A stretch of 64,000 nt of DNA from Bacteroidales bacterium. GTDB lineage: Bacteria; Bacteroidota; Bacteroidia; Bacteroidales; VadinHA17. Where the stretch lies: contig JAOZPG010000005.1 in the NCBI GenBank assembly GCA_029932855.1, positions 829-64,828 of the forward strand, in the 5' to 3' direction. Under the pieces are notes generated by a model that had not been told where the DNA came from, made no database searches, and saw nothing but the letters and a program-made list of their open reading frames with translations. Position 1 is the stretch's first letter. Every line of letters starts with the position of its first letter. Shown one piece after another: positions 55,554-64,000 of the stretch. The position numbers and the translations under genes were made by a program.

Positions 55554-56681
55554 TTATTCAAGCCTTATCTTAAACCTTTTTATTGCTGCCAGCATAAAAA
55601 ATAATGTCATGCCAAGCATGATCAATGTTTCCTTCCATACAAATCTCAGTCCCTCTCCTTTTATCATTATGTCCTTCACTATAATTATATACCATTTCGG
55701 AGGCATGATATTGCTAATCCATTGCAGAATAAGAGGCATGTTCTCTATAGGATAAATAAAGCCTGAAAGTAATATCGTAGGTAACATAAGTCCTATAAGG
55801 CTGATGAACATAGCTACCATCTGGCTGTTACTTACCGTGGAAATCAATATTCCCAGGGAGAGGGCCAGGGAAATGAATAGCAGGCTTTCAAGCAGCAGCA
55901 ATATAAGGCTCCCCCTTACCGGCAATCCGAATACAAAAGTACCCAGTGCAATTATTACCACTGCATTGATGAAGCTTAAAACAATATAAGGTATAAGCTT
56001 CCCCACCACTATCTGGAATGGCTTTATCGGAGACACCATTAAAACTTCCATGGTTCCCAGCTCTTTCTCCCGGCTAATGGATATGGATGTCATCATTGCT
56101 GATATCAGCATCAGTATCAATGCCATGGTTCCCGGAACAAACATGAATACGCCTTTAAGATCCTGATTATACATCATCCTTATTTTTGGCTCTATAAGGG
56201 ATGGCATTTTTTCACTGCCATACCTGCTCAGTGCATAATCACGTATTATGCCCGAGGTATAGCTTACTATAAGGTTTGCAGTATTTGGGTCGGAGGCATC
56301 TGTAAGGAGCTGGACTGTCCCCTTATTACCAGATTCCATCTTATTATTAAAGTCAGGTTCAAAGACTATTACTTCTTTAACCTCTCCCTGACGGAGAACC
56401 GGCTCCACCTCTTTAATTGAATTAAGGTTCATTTTAAGACTAAAATAACCTGACGAAACCAGCTTATTCGATATTTCACGGCTTGCCCGGTCTTTGGCCT
56501 GATCGAAAATAGCAATGGGGATATCCTTTATTTCATTTGTAATAACATAACCAAAGATCATTATCTGTGCTACAGGCATGCCAAAGAGTATCAATAATGT
56601 CCGCGGATCGCGAAAAATATGAAGAAACTCTTTCTTTACAAATCCAGCAAAACTATTCATACTCCCTGCTTTATATCTCAT
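55554..56681 (-). CDS. ABC-2 type transporter permease (YbhS/YbhR-like)
   Basis: Same architecture as the neighbouring permease (paralogous pair). Confidence 0.8.
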   Translation of the reverse strand: MRYKAGSMNSFAGFVKKEFLHIFRDPRTLLILFGMPVAQIMIFGYVITNEIKDIPIAIFDQAKDRASREISNKLVSSGYFSLKMNLNSIKEVEPVLRQGEVKEVIVFEPDFNNKMESGNKGTVQLLTDASDPNTANLIVSYTSGIIRDYALSRYGSEKMPSLIEPKIRMMYNQDLKGVFMFVPGTMALILMLISAMMTSISISREKELGTMEVLMVSPIKPFQIVVGKLIPYIVLSFINAVVIIALGTFVFGLPVRGSLILLLLESLLFISLALSLGILISTVSNSQMVAMFISLIGLMLPTILLSGFIYPIENMPLILQWISNIMPPKWYIIIVKDIMIKGEGLRFVWKETLIMLGMTLFFMLAAIKRFKIRLE

Positions 56682-56741
56682 TTACAGATACCACATTCAA
56701 TATAAGCCTGTCCCACCCGGCACAGGTGTCCGGTGCATACA

Positions 56742-57470
56742 TCATCGTGCAATTTTTACAAACACTTCATTAATATCTTTAGCCGAATATTCACTTTTCA
56801 GCCTGTCCGGGCTGTCAAGAGCTACAATCTTTCCCTCATCCATAATGCTTAGTCTGTTACAGTATTCTGCCTCGTCCATATAATGAGTTGTAACAAACAC
56901 GGTAAGCCCTTTTGATGCCACTTCATATATAAGATCCCAAAACTGTCTTCTTGTTATGGGATCAACACCCCCGGTTGGTTCATCAAGGAAGACTATTTTG
57001 GGTTCATGGATCAGTGCTATTGAAAAGGCGATTTTTTGTTTCCAGCCGGGAGGCATATCTGCTATCAGGGTTTTTTTCTCCTTCTCAAGCCCAAGCCTGG
57101 CAATCATATCATTGCTACGCTCCTTCAGGAACTTTCCCCTGAGTCCGTATATTCCACCGTAAAACCTTATGTTCTCATAAAGGCTAAGGTCCTCATAGAG
57201 GCTAAATCTCTGACTCATATAACCAATGCTCCTTTTAACTGATTCCGTTTGTTTGTAAACGTCATATCCGGCAACGCTGGCTTTTCCCGAGCTGGGATGT
57301 AAAAGGCCACACAATATCTTTATGGCTGTTGTTTTCCCTGCACCATTGGCACCCAGGAAACCAAATATCTCTCCCTTGAACACATCAAAGTCAAGCCTGT
57401 CAATTGCTGTAAAATTGCCGAATTTCTTAGTCAGCCCCCTTACCTCTATTACTTTTTCCTTAGAGTTCAT
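56742..57470 (-). CDS. ABC transporter ATP-binding protein
   Basis: Walker A GANGAGKTT, signature (PPGWKQK region) and Walker B IVFLDEPT. Confidence 0.9.
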   Translation of the reverse strand: MNSKEKVIEVRGLTKKFGNFTAIDRLDFDVFKGEIFGFLGANGAGKTTAIKILCGLLHPSSGKASVAGYDVYKQTESVKRSIGYMSQRFSLYEDLSLYENIRFYGGIYGLRGKFLKERSNDMIARLGLEKEKKTLIADMPPGWKQKIAFSIALIHEPKIVFLDEPTGGVDPITRRQFWDLIYEVASKGLTVFVTTHYMDEAEYCNRLSIMDEGKIVALDSPDRLKSEYSAKDINEVFVKIAR

Positions 57471-57590
57471 CACCTTATATGCTTTACCGCATCCTTGCCT
57501 TTTTATTTCAAAACCTTCTTTTTTCCTTATTGCGAAGAGACCCGTGAGATACTTTCATTATCACTGTTCGCATTTCCGGAATTTATTAAA

Positions 57591-58490
57591 TTAAGCCATT
57601 AGCTGAAGAAATGAATCTTCAATTCCCGCGCTGATAGTATTTATCTGTATATCCTTATGTTCTTTATCCTCAAGGTATTTTCTTATAGCATCCCTGTCAA
57701 TATTTTTTCCTTTTCCGCTGTAATGCACTTCCTGTCCGAAAAGCAATACCGAATCCGCCTGTGGAAAATCCCTGAGATCCATTACCAGCCTGTACATATC
57801 ATCTGCCCTTAGGGCTATAATATCTTTCGGGTAAGCATCAATAATTGCCTGAGGGCTATCTACTCTCAAAAGCCTGCCCTCCTGCATCAATGCCACCCTG
57901 TTGCATAATACAGCCTCATCCATATAGGGTGTTGATACCATAATTGTTATTCCCTGTTCTATGATCCCGGACAACATTTCCCAGAATTCCTTTCTTGACA
58001 CAGCATCCACTCCTGTTGTAGGTTCATCCAGTATAAGTATCTCCGGTCTGTGTATAAGTGCACATGAAAGTGCAAGCTTCTGTTTCATTCCGCCGGAAAG
58101 ATTCCCCGCTCTCCTGTCTTTAAATGGCTCCAGGCGCTTGTAAATATCCTTTATAAGTCCATAGTTCTTTTTAATACTTGTCCCGAATACCCTGGCAAAA
58201 AAATTCAGGTTCTCTTCAACACTAAGGTCATTGTAGAGGGAAAAGCGTCCCGGCATATAACCAATTATCCGGCGAATTTTGTTATAATCCTTAACAACAT
58301 CATGATTATTCAGTAAAGCTTTTCCCGAGTCTGGTAACAGCAGGGAACAAAGTATCCTGAAGAGTGTTGTTTTACCAGAACCATCGGGTCCTATCAGTCC
58401 GAATAACTCATTATCCTTCACTGACAGATCTATTGAATCGAGGGCCAGTCTTTTCCCGAATGATTTGCTTATGTTTTCAATAAGGATCAT
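57591..58490 (-). CDS. ABC transporter ATP-binding protein
   Basis: Walker A GPDGSGKTT, signature LSGGMKQK and Walker B ILILDEPT. Its ATG overlaps the hlyD-like stop (TAATG). Confidence 0.9.
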   Translation of the reverse strand: MILIENISKSFGKRLALDSIDLSVKDNELFGLIGPDGSGKTTLFRILCSLLLPDSGKALLNNHDVVKDYNKIRRIIGYMPGRFSLYNDLSVEENLNFFARVFGTSIKKNYGLIKDIYKRLEPFKDRRAGNLSGGMKQKLALSCALIHRPEILILDEPTTGVDAVSRKEFWEMLSGIIEQGITIMVSTPYMDEAVLCNRVALMQEGRLLRVDSPQAIIDAYPKDIIALRADDMYRLVMDLRDFPQADSVLLFGQEVHYSGKGKNIDRDAIRKYLEDKEHKDIQINTISAGIEDSFLQLMA

Positions 58491-59380
58491 TAGTTACCGA
58501 ATATCACTTCCCCTGGCATACCTATCCTGAGGTATCCCCCGTTCTTTACAATTATCTTAACTCCATATACAAGTCTTACCCTTTCCTTCCTTGTCTGGAT
58601 TATTTTGGGAGTAAACTCGGCATTAGATGATATCCATATTATTTTACCCCCCATCTCTGTAACTGATCCGGCATCTTTATCAATTAGTACCCTGGCATTA
58701 TCTCCCAGTTTAATATTTGCTAATTGCACAGCATCTACATATACCATCAGCTCCATTTGTTCAAGGTTCGCTACTTTATAAATAGGCATGCCTGCCTTAA
58801 GCATTTCATACTGTTCGGTATATAATTCCAGTACCGTGCCCTGCAATGGATTTTTAATATAACACCTGCGTATCCGGTCATTAATAAGACTTATCTTTTT
58901 ATCAATAATATTAATTTCAGAGCCCACCGATGCTTTTTCAACCATCAAAGCACTGATACGGCTGTCCAGAACCCTTAAGCCTCCTTCAATCTCATCCATC
59001 TTCTGCCTTGTTGCAGCTCCGTCATCATAAAGCTTTTTCAGCCTTTTCATCTCAAGCATAACTGTTTTCTTCTCTTCCTCCACGATAACTACCCGGGCAT
59101 CAATATTTTTCAGCTTACTGTAAACTGCTTCCTTCTGGGCTCTCAGTTCATCCCTGTTCAGGCAAAAAACCACTGTATCCACAATGGCAACAAGCTGCCC
59201 CTCCTGTACCAGGTCACCTTCCTGAACATCCAAAAAAACAAGTCGCCCGGATACATCAGGAGATACTGATACCGGCCTGGCTTCAAAATTCCCATAAGCA
59301 TCAGACAGATGATTTTCCTGTTTGCAGGAAGAAAAAGACAGCAACAGGCTAGTTAACATAACTATAAATATTGTTTTCAT
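58490..59380 (-). CDS. HlyD-family membrane fusion protein (YbhG-like)
   Basis: Lipoprotein-like signal (LLSFSSC), biotinyl-like hairpin, coiled-coil and beta-barrel segments. Confidence 0.85.
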   Translation of the reverse strand: MKTIFIVMLTSLLLSFSSCKQENHLSDAYGNFEARPVSVSPDVSGRLVFLDVQEGDLVQEGQLVAIVDTVVFCLNRDELRAQKEAVYSKLKNIDARVVIVEEEKKTVMLEMKRLKKLYDDGAATRQKMDEIEGGLRVLDSRISALMVEKASVGSEINIIDKKISLINDRIRRCYIKNPLQGTVLELYTEQYEMLKAGMPIYKVANLEQMELMVYVDAVQLANIKLGDNARVLIDKDAGSVTEMGGKIIWISSNAEFTPKIIQTRKERVRLVYGVKIIVKNGGYLRIGMPGEVIFGN

Positions 59381-59535
59381 TCGCTTTAAATTTTGTAATT
59401 ATCCAAAATCAAAATAATCAGGAATTTGAAAATTAATGTAAGTGCCCACTGCTTTACTCTCCGCTTATGACACCCTGCCAGCTCAGGCAGGACTTGATTA
59501 GATATATTAAAGATTGTTTCATAACTGTATAATTA

Positions 59536-60819
59536 TTAATTGTTATACAAATCCTTACCTTGAATTGTAATGTAATATATTTTAGACTTCACCAGCAATA
59601 AGTCGTGAATATTAAGCTTGATCCTGGCTGCCATAGAACTGCCCAGATCTCTAATATAATCAGCCGAGTTTATCACGCCATTATTCAAACGTGATACAGA
59701 AGAAGCTACAATTCTTTCCCTGAGCTCAATGATCTCCTTATCTTTTTCAATCAATGCTGAATATTTTTTTATGTCTTCTCTCTCCTGCCGGAGCTCCATG
59801 TTTAAATTATATTCAAAGCTGGCTCGCTGGTTACTGATCTTCTGCCTGTTGATCTCCAGCACCTCTTTTTCTTTCCCGGTCTTATTCCAGTCATAAATAT
59901 TCCAGCTAAGCTTAATCCCCAGTATATAATAACTGTCAAAGGAGTCATTCATGGGATTCAGCCCGGGTTGCCCATATCCAAACTGTCCAAAACCACTCAG
60001 TACAGGTCTTCTGGATGATGACAGTAAATTAGTACTCAGGTCGAGATTTCTTTTCTGCATCTCAAACAAACTGATCTCTGGTCTTTCAGGCCTAGCTTCA
60101 TAATCAAGTATTACTTCAGGAAGCTGAAGGATAATATTATCTGTAAAATTCGTATCAACAAGCATAGCAAGCACTTTAATCCCTTTAGATATATTAAACT
60201 CATTTTCAAGCATTGTTTGCTGCAAGCCTGCAATTTCAACTTCCAGCAGGTCCAGGTCAGACTGCAACAATGTTCCGTTCCGTACAGCCGATTCTGCCAT
60301 CTTGAGGCTCTCATTAAGATTTTGCTCAGTTATACCGTAAATAAGCCTGTTATTCTGCAGGAGCAGTATTGAAAAAAAGATAGTGTTTATACGTTCTTTT
60401 AATTTATACATCTCAATCTTTATAGACTGTTCCTCAATAAGGCTTTTTTGCAATTCTATTTCCTTTCTTTTCTTTGTAATCCCTCCATCATATATCAGCT
60501 GCTTAAGTACAATTGAAAGATTATACTGATCATTAGGCGGAGAGGGAATATCAAAACCCGGTATGGGCAGGGCCTGGTTAAGGTTTATAACCTCTGAAAG
60601 ATATTTGGCCTCTGCCTGAAAATACAGGGAAGGCAGATAAGCTGTCTTCAGCCTGGCTGCATTTACTTCACCTTCCTGTAATACCAGCTTTCTGTTTGCT
60701 AATAGAGGATATGCTCTTTCAGCCATTCCATAACAATCTTCAAGACTAATGCTGTCTAAATCCTGCCCGGACAGTGTAAGGCTTGTTAAAACCAGCAGTA
60801 TTGTTAGTTTATGCTTCAT
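59536..60819 (-). CDS. TolC-family outer-membrane efflux protein
   Basis: Signal peptide and two OEP repeats with long helical segments. 427 aa. Confidence 0.85.
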   Translation of the reverse strand: MKHKLTILLVLTSLTLSGQDLDSISLEDCYGMAERAYPLLANRKLVLQEGEVNAARLKTAYLPSLYFQAEAKYLSEVINLNQALPIPGFDIPSPPNDQYNLSIVLKQLIYDGGITKKRKEIELQKSLIEEQSIKIEMYKLKERINTIFFSILLLQNNRLIYGITEQNLNESLKMAESAVRNGTLLQSDLDLLEVEIAGLQQTMLENEFNISKGIKVLAMLVDTNFTDNIILQLPEVILDYEARPERPEISLFEMQKRNLDLSTNLLSSSRRPVLSGFGQFGYGQPGLNPMNDSFDSYYILGIKLSWNIYDWNKTGKEKEVLEINRQKISNQRASFEYNLNMELRQEREDIKKYSALIEKDKEIIELRERIVASSVSRLNNGVINSADYIRDLGSSMAARIKLNIHDLLLVKSKIYYITIQGKDLYNN

Positions 60820-60843
60820 AATATAAAGCTCTTAATTAATGTA

Positions 60844-61458
60844 TTACCCGTTTTTCAGCGAATTAATAATCCACTCGGGCACTTCATGTTTTCTTTCTTC
60901 TATCATATCGTCAAATACCTTGTCATCAAGCTGGAATATGCCCTGAATGACAGGCCTTGCAACAAAGGGAAATACGCATAAAGCAAGTATATTCAGTACC
61001 AGCTGATAAGGGTCATAAGGACCGGCCTTACTCTTGCCTGCAGCCCTGGCAAATTGCCTAAACATACTCACGGGGGGCTTTATGCCTGCCCTGGAAAAGA
61101 AATCAACCAGTTTCCCGGGATCCTGGTTTATTTCATGAAGGATAAAGCCAGGTATATATGAGTTTTCCTGCAGAAAACTTATATAGGTAGAACTAAAAGC
61201 CCTTATCATATCATAAATATCCATATCAGAATCGAGTACAGGCTGTATCTGCGCAAGAATTGCTTTTAGAGAGTCGAAAAGTATGTACTCAAACAATGTA
61301 TCCTTATTACTAAAATAATAATGCAACAATGCCTTGTTTATTCCCGCCTCATCAGCTATTTCCTGCATCCTGGCACCTGAATGCCCCTTTTTAATAAATA
61401 CCTTCTTGGCTGCCGCAAGAATGTTGTTACGTGTTTCATGCCGGGAATTAGTTTCCAT
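60844..61458 (-). CDS. TetR/AcrR family transcriptional regulator
   Basis: HTH ILAAAKKVFIKKGHSGARMQEIADEAGINKALLHYYF. First gene of the efflux operon. Confidence 0.85.
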   Translation of the reverse strand: METNSRHETRNNILAAAKKVFIKKGHSGARMQEIADEAGINKALLHYYFSNKDTLFEYILFDSLKAILAQIQPVLDSDMDIYDMIRAFSSTYISFLQENSYIPGFILHEINQDPGKLVDFFSRAGIKPPVSMFRQFARAAGKSKAGPYDPYQLVLNILALCVFPFVARPVIQGIFQLDDKVFDDMIEERKHEVPEWIINSLKNG

Positions 61459-61616
61459 CAGTTCTTAACCGTTTAGTTTAACTATCTGGTTAAATATATA
61501 AAAAAAATTATTATTCCCTGTAATTCCCAACGAAAAATTATTGTCAAATAACACATTATGAAGTAATAATAATTAACTGAATAAGCTATATTTGTCATCA
61601 ATTTCAAAGAAGCTAT

Positions 61617-62477
61617 ATGTTAAAAAACATCTCACTCTGGATACTGGCAATAATAATTACACTGATCTGTTTGTTCTTCCAGGACAAGACCGGACCCACT
61701 TATCCCCTTGAAGGCAGTTTTACAAGCGGTGAATCTAAGATACATTATAAGTTCCTGCGAAGTGAAAATATTGGAACAGACCTTAAAGTAATGTTCTCAT
61801 ATCCACTACCTGAGGATTTCACTGCTTATGTAAAGTACAGGCGTTACCAGTCGCATGACGACTGGAAACAGGTAGAAATGCAAGCCGGAAGCTTCGAATT
61901 CAAGAGGCGCTGGGAAACAGAATCACTGGTTGGAATTGCTGCAGAACTTCCCTATTTAGATGAAAAAGCAGGTAAATATGAGTATTTTGTTTACTATTCT
62001 GTTGACGGACAGGATGCTGTATCAATTACCGGGGAGCAGGCCATTTATGCCCGCTACAAGGCTGAAGTACCGGGTTTAGTACTTCTTATACATGTATTGT
62101 TAATATTTCTTTCAATGATATTTGCAATAAGGACTGTGCTCGAAGCTCTTGTAAATGGCAGGTTCAGGTGGATGATATGGGCCACACTGATATCTCTTCT
62201 CCTGGGCGGCTTTATTATGGGCCCCATGGTACAAAAATATGCCTTTGGAGTAATATGGTCAGGTTTCCCTTTTGGCCACGACTGGACAGACAACAAGGTG
62301 GTTTTTGAACTAATCTTCTGGGTATTTGCAGCTTATATGAACAGGGGAAGCAGAAGAAACCGCTGGAGCGTTTACTTTGCAGGTATAGCAACACTGCTTG
62401 TTTATTTTATTCCTCACAGTATCTTCGGATCGGAATACAACTATATTACAGAAAGCGGCCACGGAACCAATGCCTGA
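61617..62477 (+). CDS. membrane protein of unknown function
   Basis: N-terminal TM helix, a ~130-aa extracytoplasmic beta-rich domain, then about 4 TM helices. Confidence 0.45.
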   Translation: MLKNISLWILAIIITLICLFFQDKTGPTYPLEGSFTSGESKIHYKFLRSENIGTDLKVMFSYPLPEDFTAYVKYRRYQSHDDWKQVEMQAGSFEFKRRWETESLVGIAAELPYLDEKAGKYEYFVYYSVDGQDAVSITGEQAIYARYKAEVPGLVLLIHVLLIFLSMIFAIRTVLEALVNGRFRWMIWATLISLLLGGFIMGPMVQKYAFGVIWSGFPFGHDWTDNKVVFELIFWVFAAYMNRGSRRNRWSVYFAGIATLLVYFIPHSIFGSEYNYITESGHGTNA

Positions 62478-62495
62478 TCAATAAACAAATACGGA

Positions 62496-63002
62496 CTATT
62501 CAGCAGTATCTGTTCCTGAAGTTCTCATACCTAATATGTCCCTGTCGAACATATAAATATTATTGCTCCCAACAAGCTTTAGTTTATCTAGTATCTCCTG
62601 TACTGATGCTTCTTCTTCAATTTGTTCTGACACAAATCCCTGTAGCCAGTTTTGTGTAGTAAAGTCTCTTTCCTCTATACACATTGCAACAATATCGTTA
62701 ATAGATGCAGTAATGAATTGCTCATGACTCATAACATCATTAAACATCTCCTGTATGCCGGAATGCTCAGCAGGTGGCTTTTTTAAGCCGGGAATCACTG
62801 CCTTTCCTCCCCTGTCATTAACAAAATGAATGAATTCAAGCATATGTCCTTTTTCCTCATCGGACTGGGCATATAGCCATTTGGAGATTCCTGGGTATCC
62901 CTGTTCCTCGGCCCATGAGGCCATTGACAGATAGAGCAAGGATGAATATCCTTCTTTCTCTATTTGTGCATTTAACAGTTCTTCTACTTTGGTTGACAGC
63001 AT
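62496..63002 (-). CDS. ftnA: non-haem ferritin
   Basis: LNAQIEKEGYSS..YLSMASWAE......ISKWLYAQSDEEKGHMLEF di-iron ferroxidase residues. Confidence 0.9.
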   Translation of the reverse strand: MLSTKVEELLNAQIEKEGYSSLLYLSMASWAEEQGYPGISKWLYAQSDEEKGHMLEFIHFVNDRGGKAVIPGLKKPPAEHSGIQEMFNDVMSHEQFITASINDIVAMCIEERDFTTQNWLQGFVSEQIEEEASVQEILDKLKLVGSNNIYMFDRDILGMRTSGTDTAE

Positions 63003-63230
63003 ATCTGATAGTATTAAATAATATTAATTATCTCATCTCCATTTTCAGAACATTTCAATAAGATATTTTAAAATTGTATCCGGATTCCTTATGGAAGCTA
63101 TTCTCCGGTTTTATTAAAATCCTTCTCTCCATTCAGGATTGACCGGGATTATTTTTTATATTGAAAACCGGGCAGTAAATATAACCAAACAGGGGGCAGA
63201 AAACAAGCAAATTAAGCCATGGCATAATAC

Positions 63231-64000
63231 TTAATCAAAATCCAGTCCCAATTGTTTTTTAAGCACCTTTAAATAAGGATTTTTCTTTAAGAGGTACTTG
63301 TATTTTTCTTCCTCTGTATAGGGTTTCTTATCATTGCCTTTTGTTTCTTTCAGTATAGTACTTAATTTAAGCATATTATTGCTTAATGACTTCTTCAGGT
63401 GGACCAGCATATCGATTTTTGCATAACGGTCAAATTCATCTTTCTGATCGGCATTTTCAAGCTCCACAATTATATGTATATCTTCTTCAATGCGTGGCTT
63501 ATATGACCTGATAGTCTGAATCAGCCTGGTCTTGCTTATCCCTGAAACATCAATAAACCTGATCCATTGCTCCTGAAGATACTCCTGCCTGACTACCTGA
63601 TCCTGCATATCTTCTTCCCCCGGGCCGGATTCATTTATATCCTTTTCATCAGAATTGTTCTCTCTAATACTATTTCCTGTTTTTATTGCACCGTTCAGGG
63701 CATCTTTTATCGAGGGAGTTTGCAGCTTATAAGAACTTTTTCTTACAGGCTCCCCGGCATCCGGTTCAGCAACTGAAGATTCTTTAGCCGGTGTTTTAGC
63801 TTCCTCCAACTCATCAGGAATTGTTTTAGCTCTTAACTCTTCTTTTTCCGGCCTTTCATTTCCTTCCGGCTCTTCAACTATGCTTTTTCTTTCTGCAATC
63901 TCTTCAGGAATTCCTTTATCATCTACAGGTTTTTCAAGACTTGTTTCTGGTACTGCAGCTTTTTTATCTGTGGCTTCAACTTCTGCTGCTTCATCTGTGG
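63231..64000 (-). CDS. 3' part of a larger CDS running off the window, possibly DNA polymerase III gamma/tau
   Basis: The frame stays open from 63809 to position 64000 through an E/K/P-rich linker (...EVEATDKKAAVPETSLEKPVDDKGIPEEIAERK...). The C-terminal ~110 aa (EQWIRFID...PRIEEDIHIIVELENADQKDEF...LVHLKKSLSNNMLKL) resemble the Bacteroidetes DnaX tail as I remember it. Confidence 0.35.
   Translation of the reverse strand, partial: TDEAAEVEATDKKAAVPETSLEKPVDDKGIPEEIAERKSIVEEPEGNERPEKEELRAKTIPDELEEAKTPAKESSVAEPDAGEPVRKSSYKLQTPSIKDALNGAIKTGNSIRENNSDEKDINESGPGEEDMQDQVVRQEYLQEQWIRFIDVSGISKTRLIQTIRSYKPRIEEDIHIIVELENADQKDEFDRYAKIDMLVHLKKSLSNNMLKLSTILKETKGNDKKPYTEEEKYKYLLKKNPYLKVLKKQLGLDFD

Noticed and set aside
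57474-57590. The two ABC ATPase genes as one frameshifted or nonsense-disrupted YbhF-like gene
   Set aside because: They are in the same frame, but the 117-nt spacer has four in-frame stops and its translation shows no linker-like sequence. I treat them as two genuine genes.
1-64000. CRISPR arrays, IS elements, rRNA genes, prophage or conjugative modules
   Set aside because: I saw no regularly spaced direct repeats, no transposase, integrase or recombinase-like ORFs, and no rRNA-like sequence while reading the window and the ORF track.

Overview
AT-rich, densely coding chromosomal segment that looks Bacteroidota-derived. The evidence is TAnnTTTG-type promoter boxes, TonB and outer-membrane barrel proteins, a cI-like S24 repressor next to dinB/dnaE2, and several TetR/TolC/HlyD/ABC-2 genes. 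I call about 58 CDS and one tRNA-Thr(CGU). I saw no CRISPR array, transposase, integrase or rRNA. Most genes are housekeeping or metabolic: pfk, msrA/msrB, a three-gene acyl-CoA carboxylase, cardiolipin synthase, RelA/SpoT, RarA, ferritin, ssb and a dnaX-like 3' end. Items not explained by ordinary coding features, in order of interest: (1) A ~520-nt GC-enriched, ORF-poor unit at 21004-21562 (minus strand) has its own Bacteroidetes-type promoter and a strong intrinsic terminator. It contains many tetraloop-capped hairpins and recurring GGUGAA/AAGUC motifs. I read it as an unclassified large structured ncRNA. A homopurine/homopyrimidine tract and an orphan 317-aa protein follow it. (2) A 776-aa SMC/OLD-like ABC ATPase with a long coiled-coil insert sits next to a stand-alone PP2C phosphatase and may be a defence or conflict module. 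(3) A cI-like S24 repressor is divergent from a dinB-dnaE2 operon, with two TGATTA-N5-TAATCA palindromes in the shared control region. (4) A perfect 17-bp inverted repeat flanks a 90-bp segment upstream of a secreted ankyrin-repeat/beta-barrel protein and a lipoprotein, which may be an inverton or a small RNA. (5) A YbhGFSR-like efflux operon has a split ATPase. All structure, motif and GC statements come from reading the sequence by eye. No database search or folding program was run.
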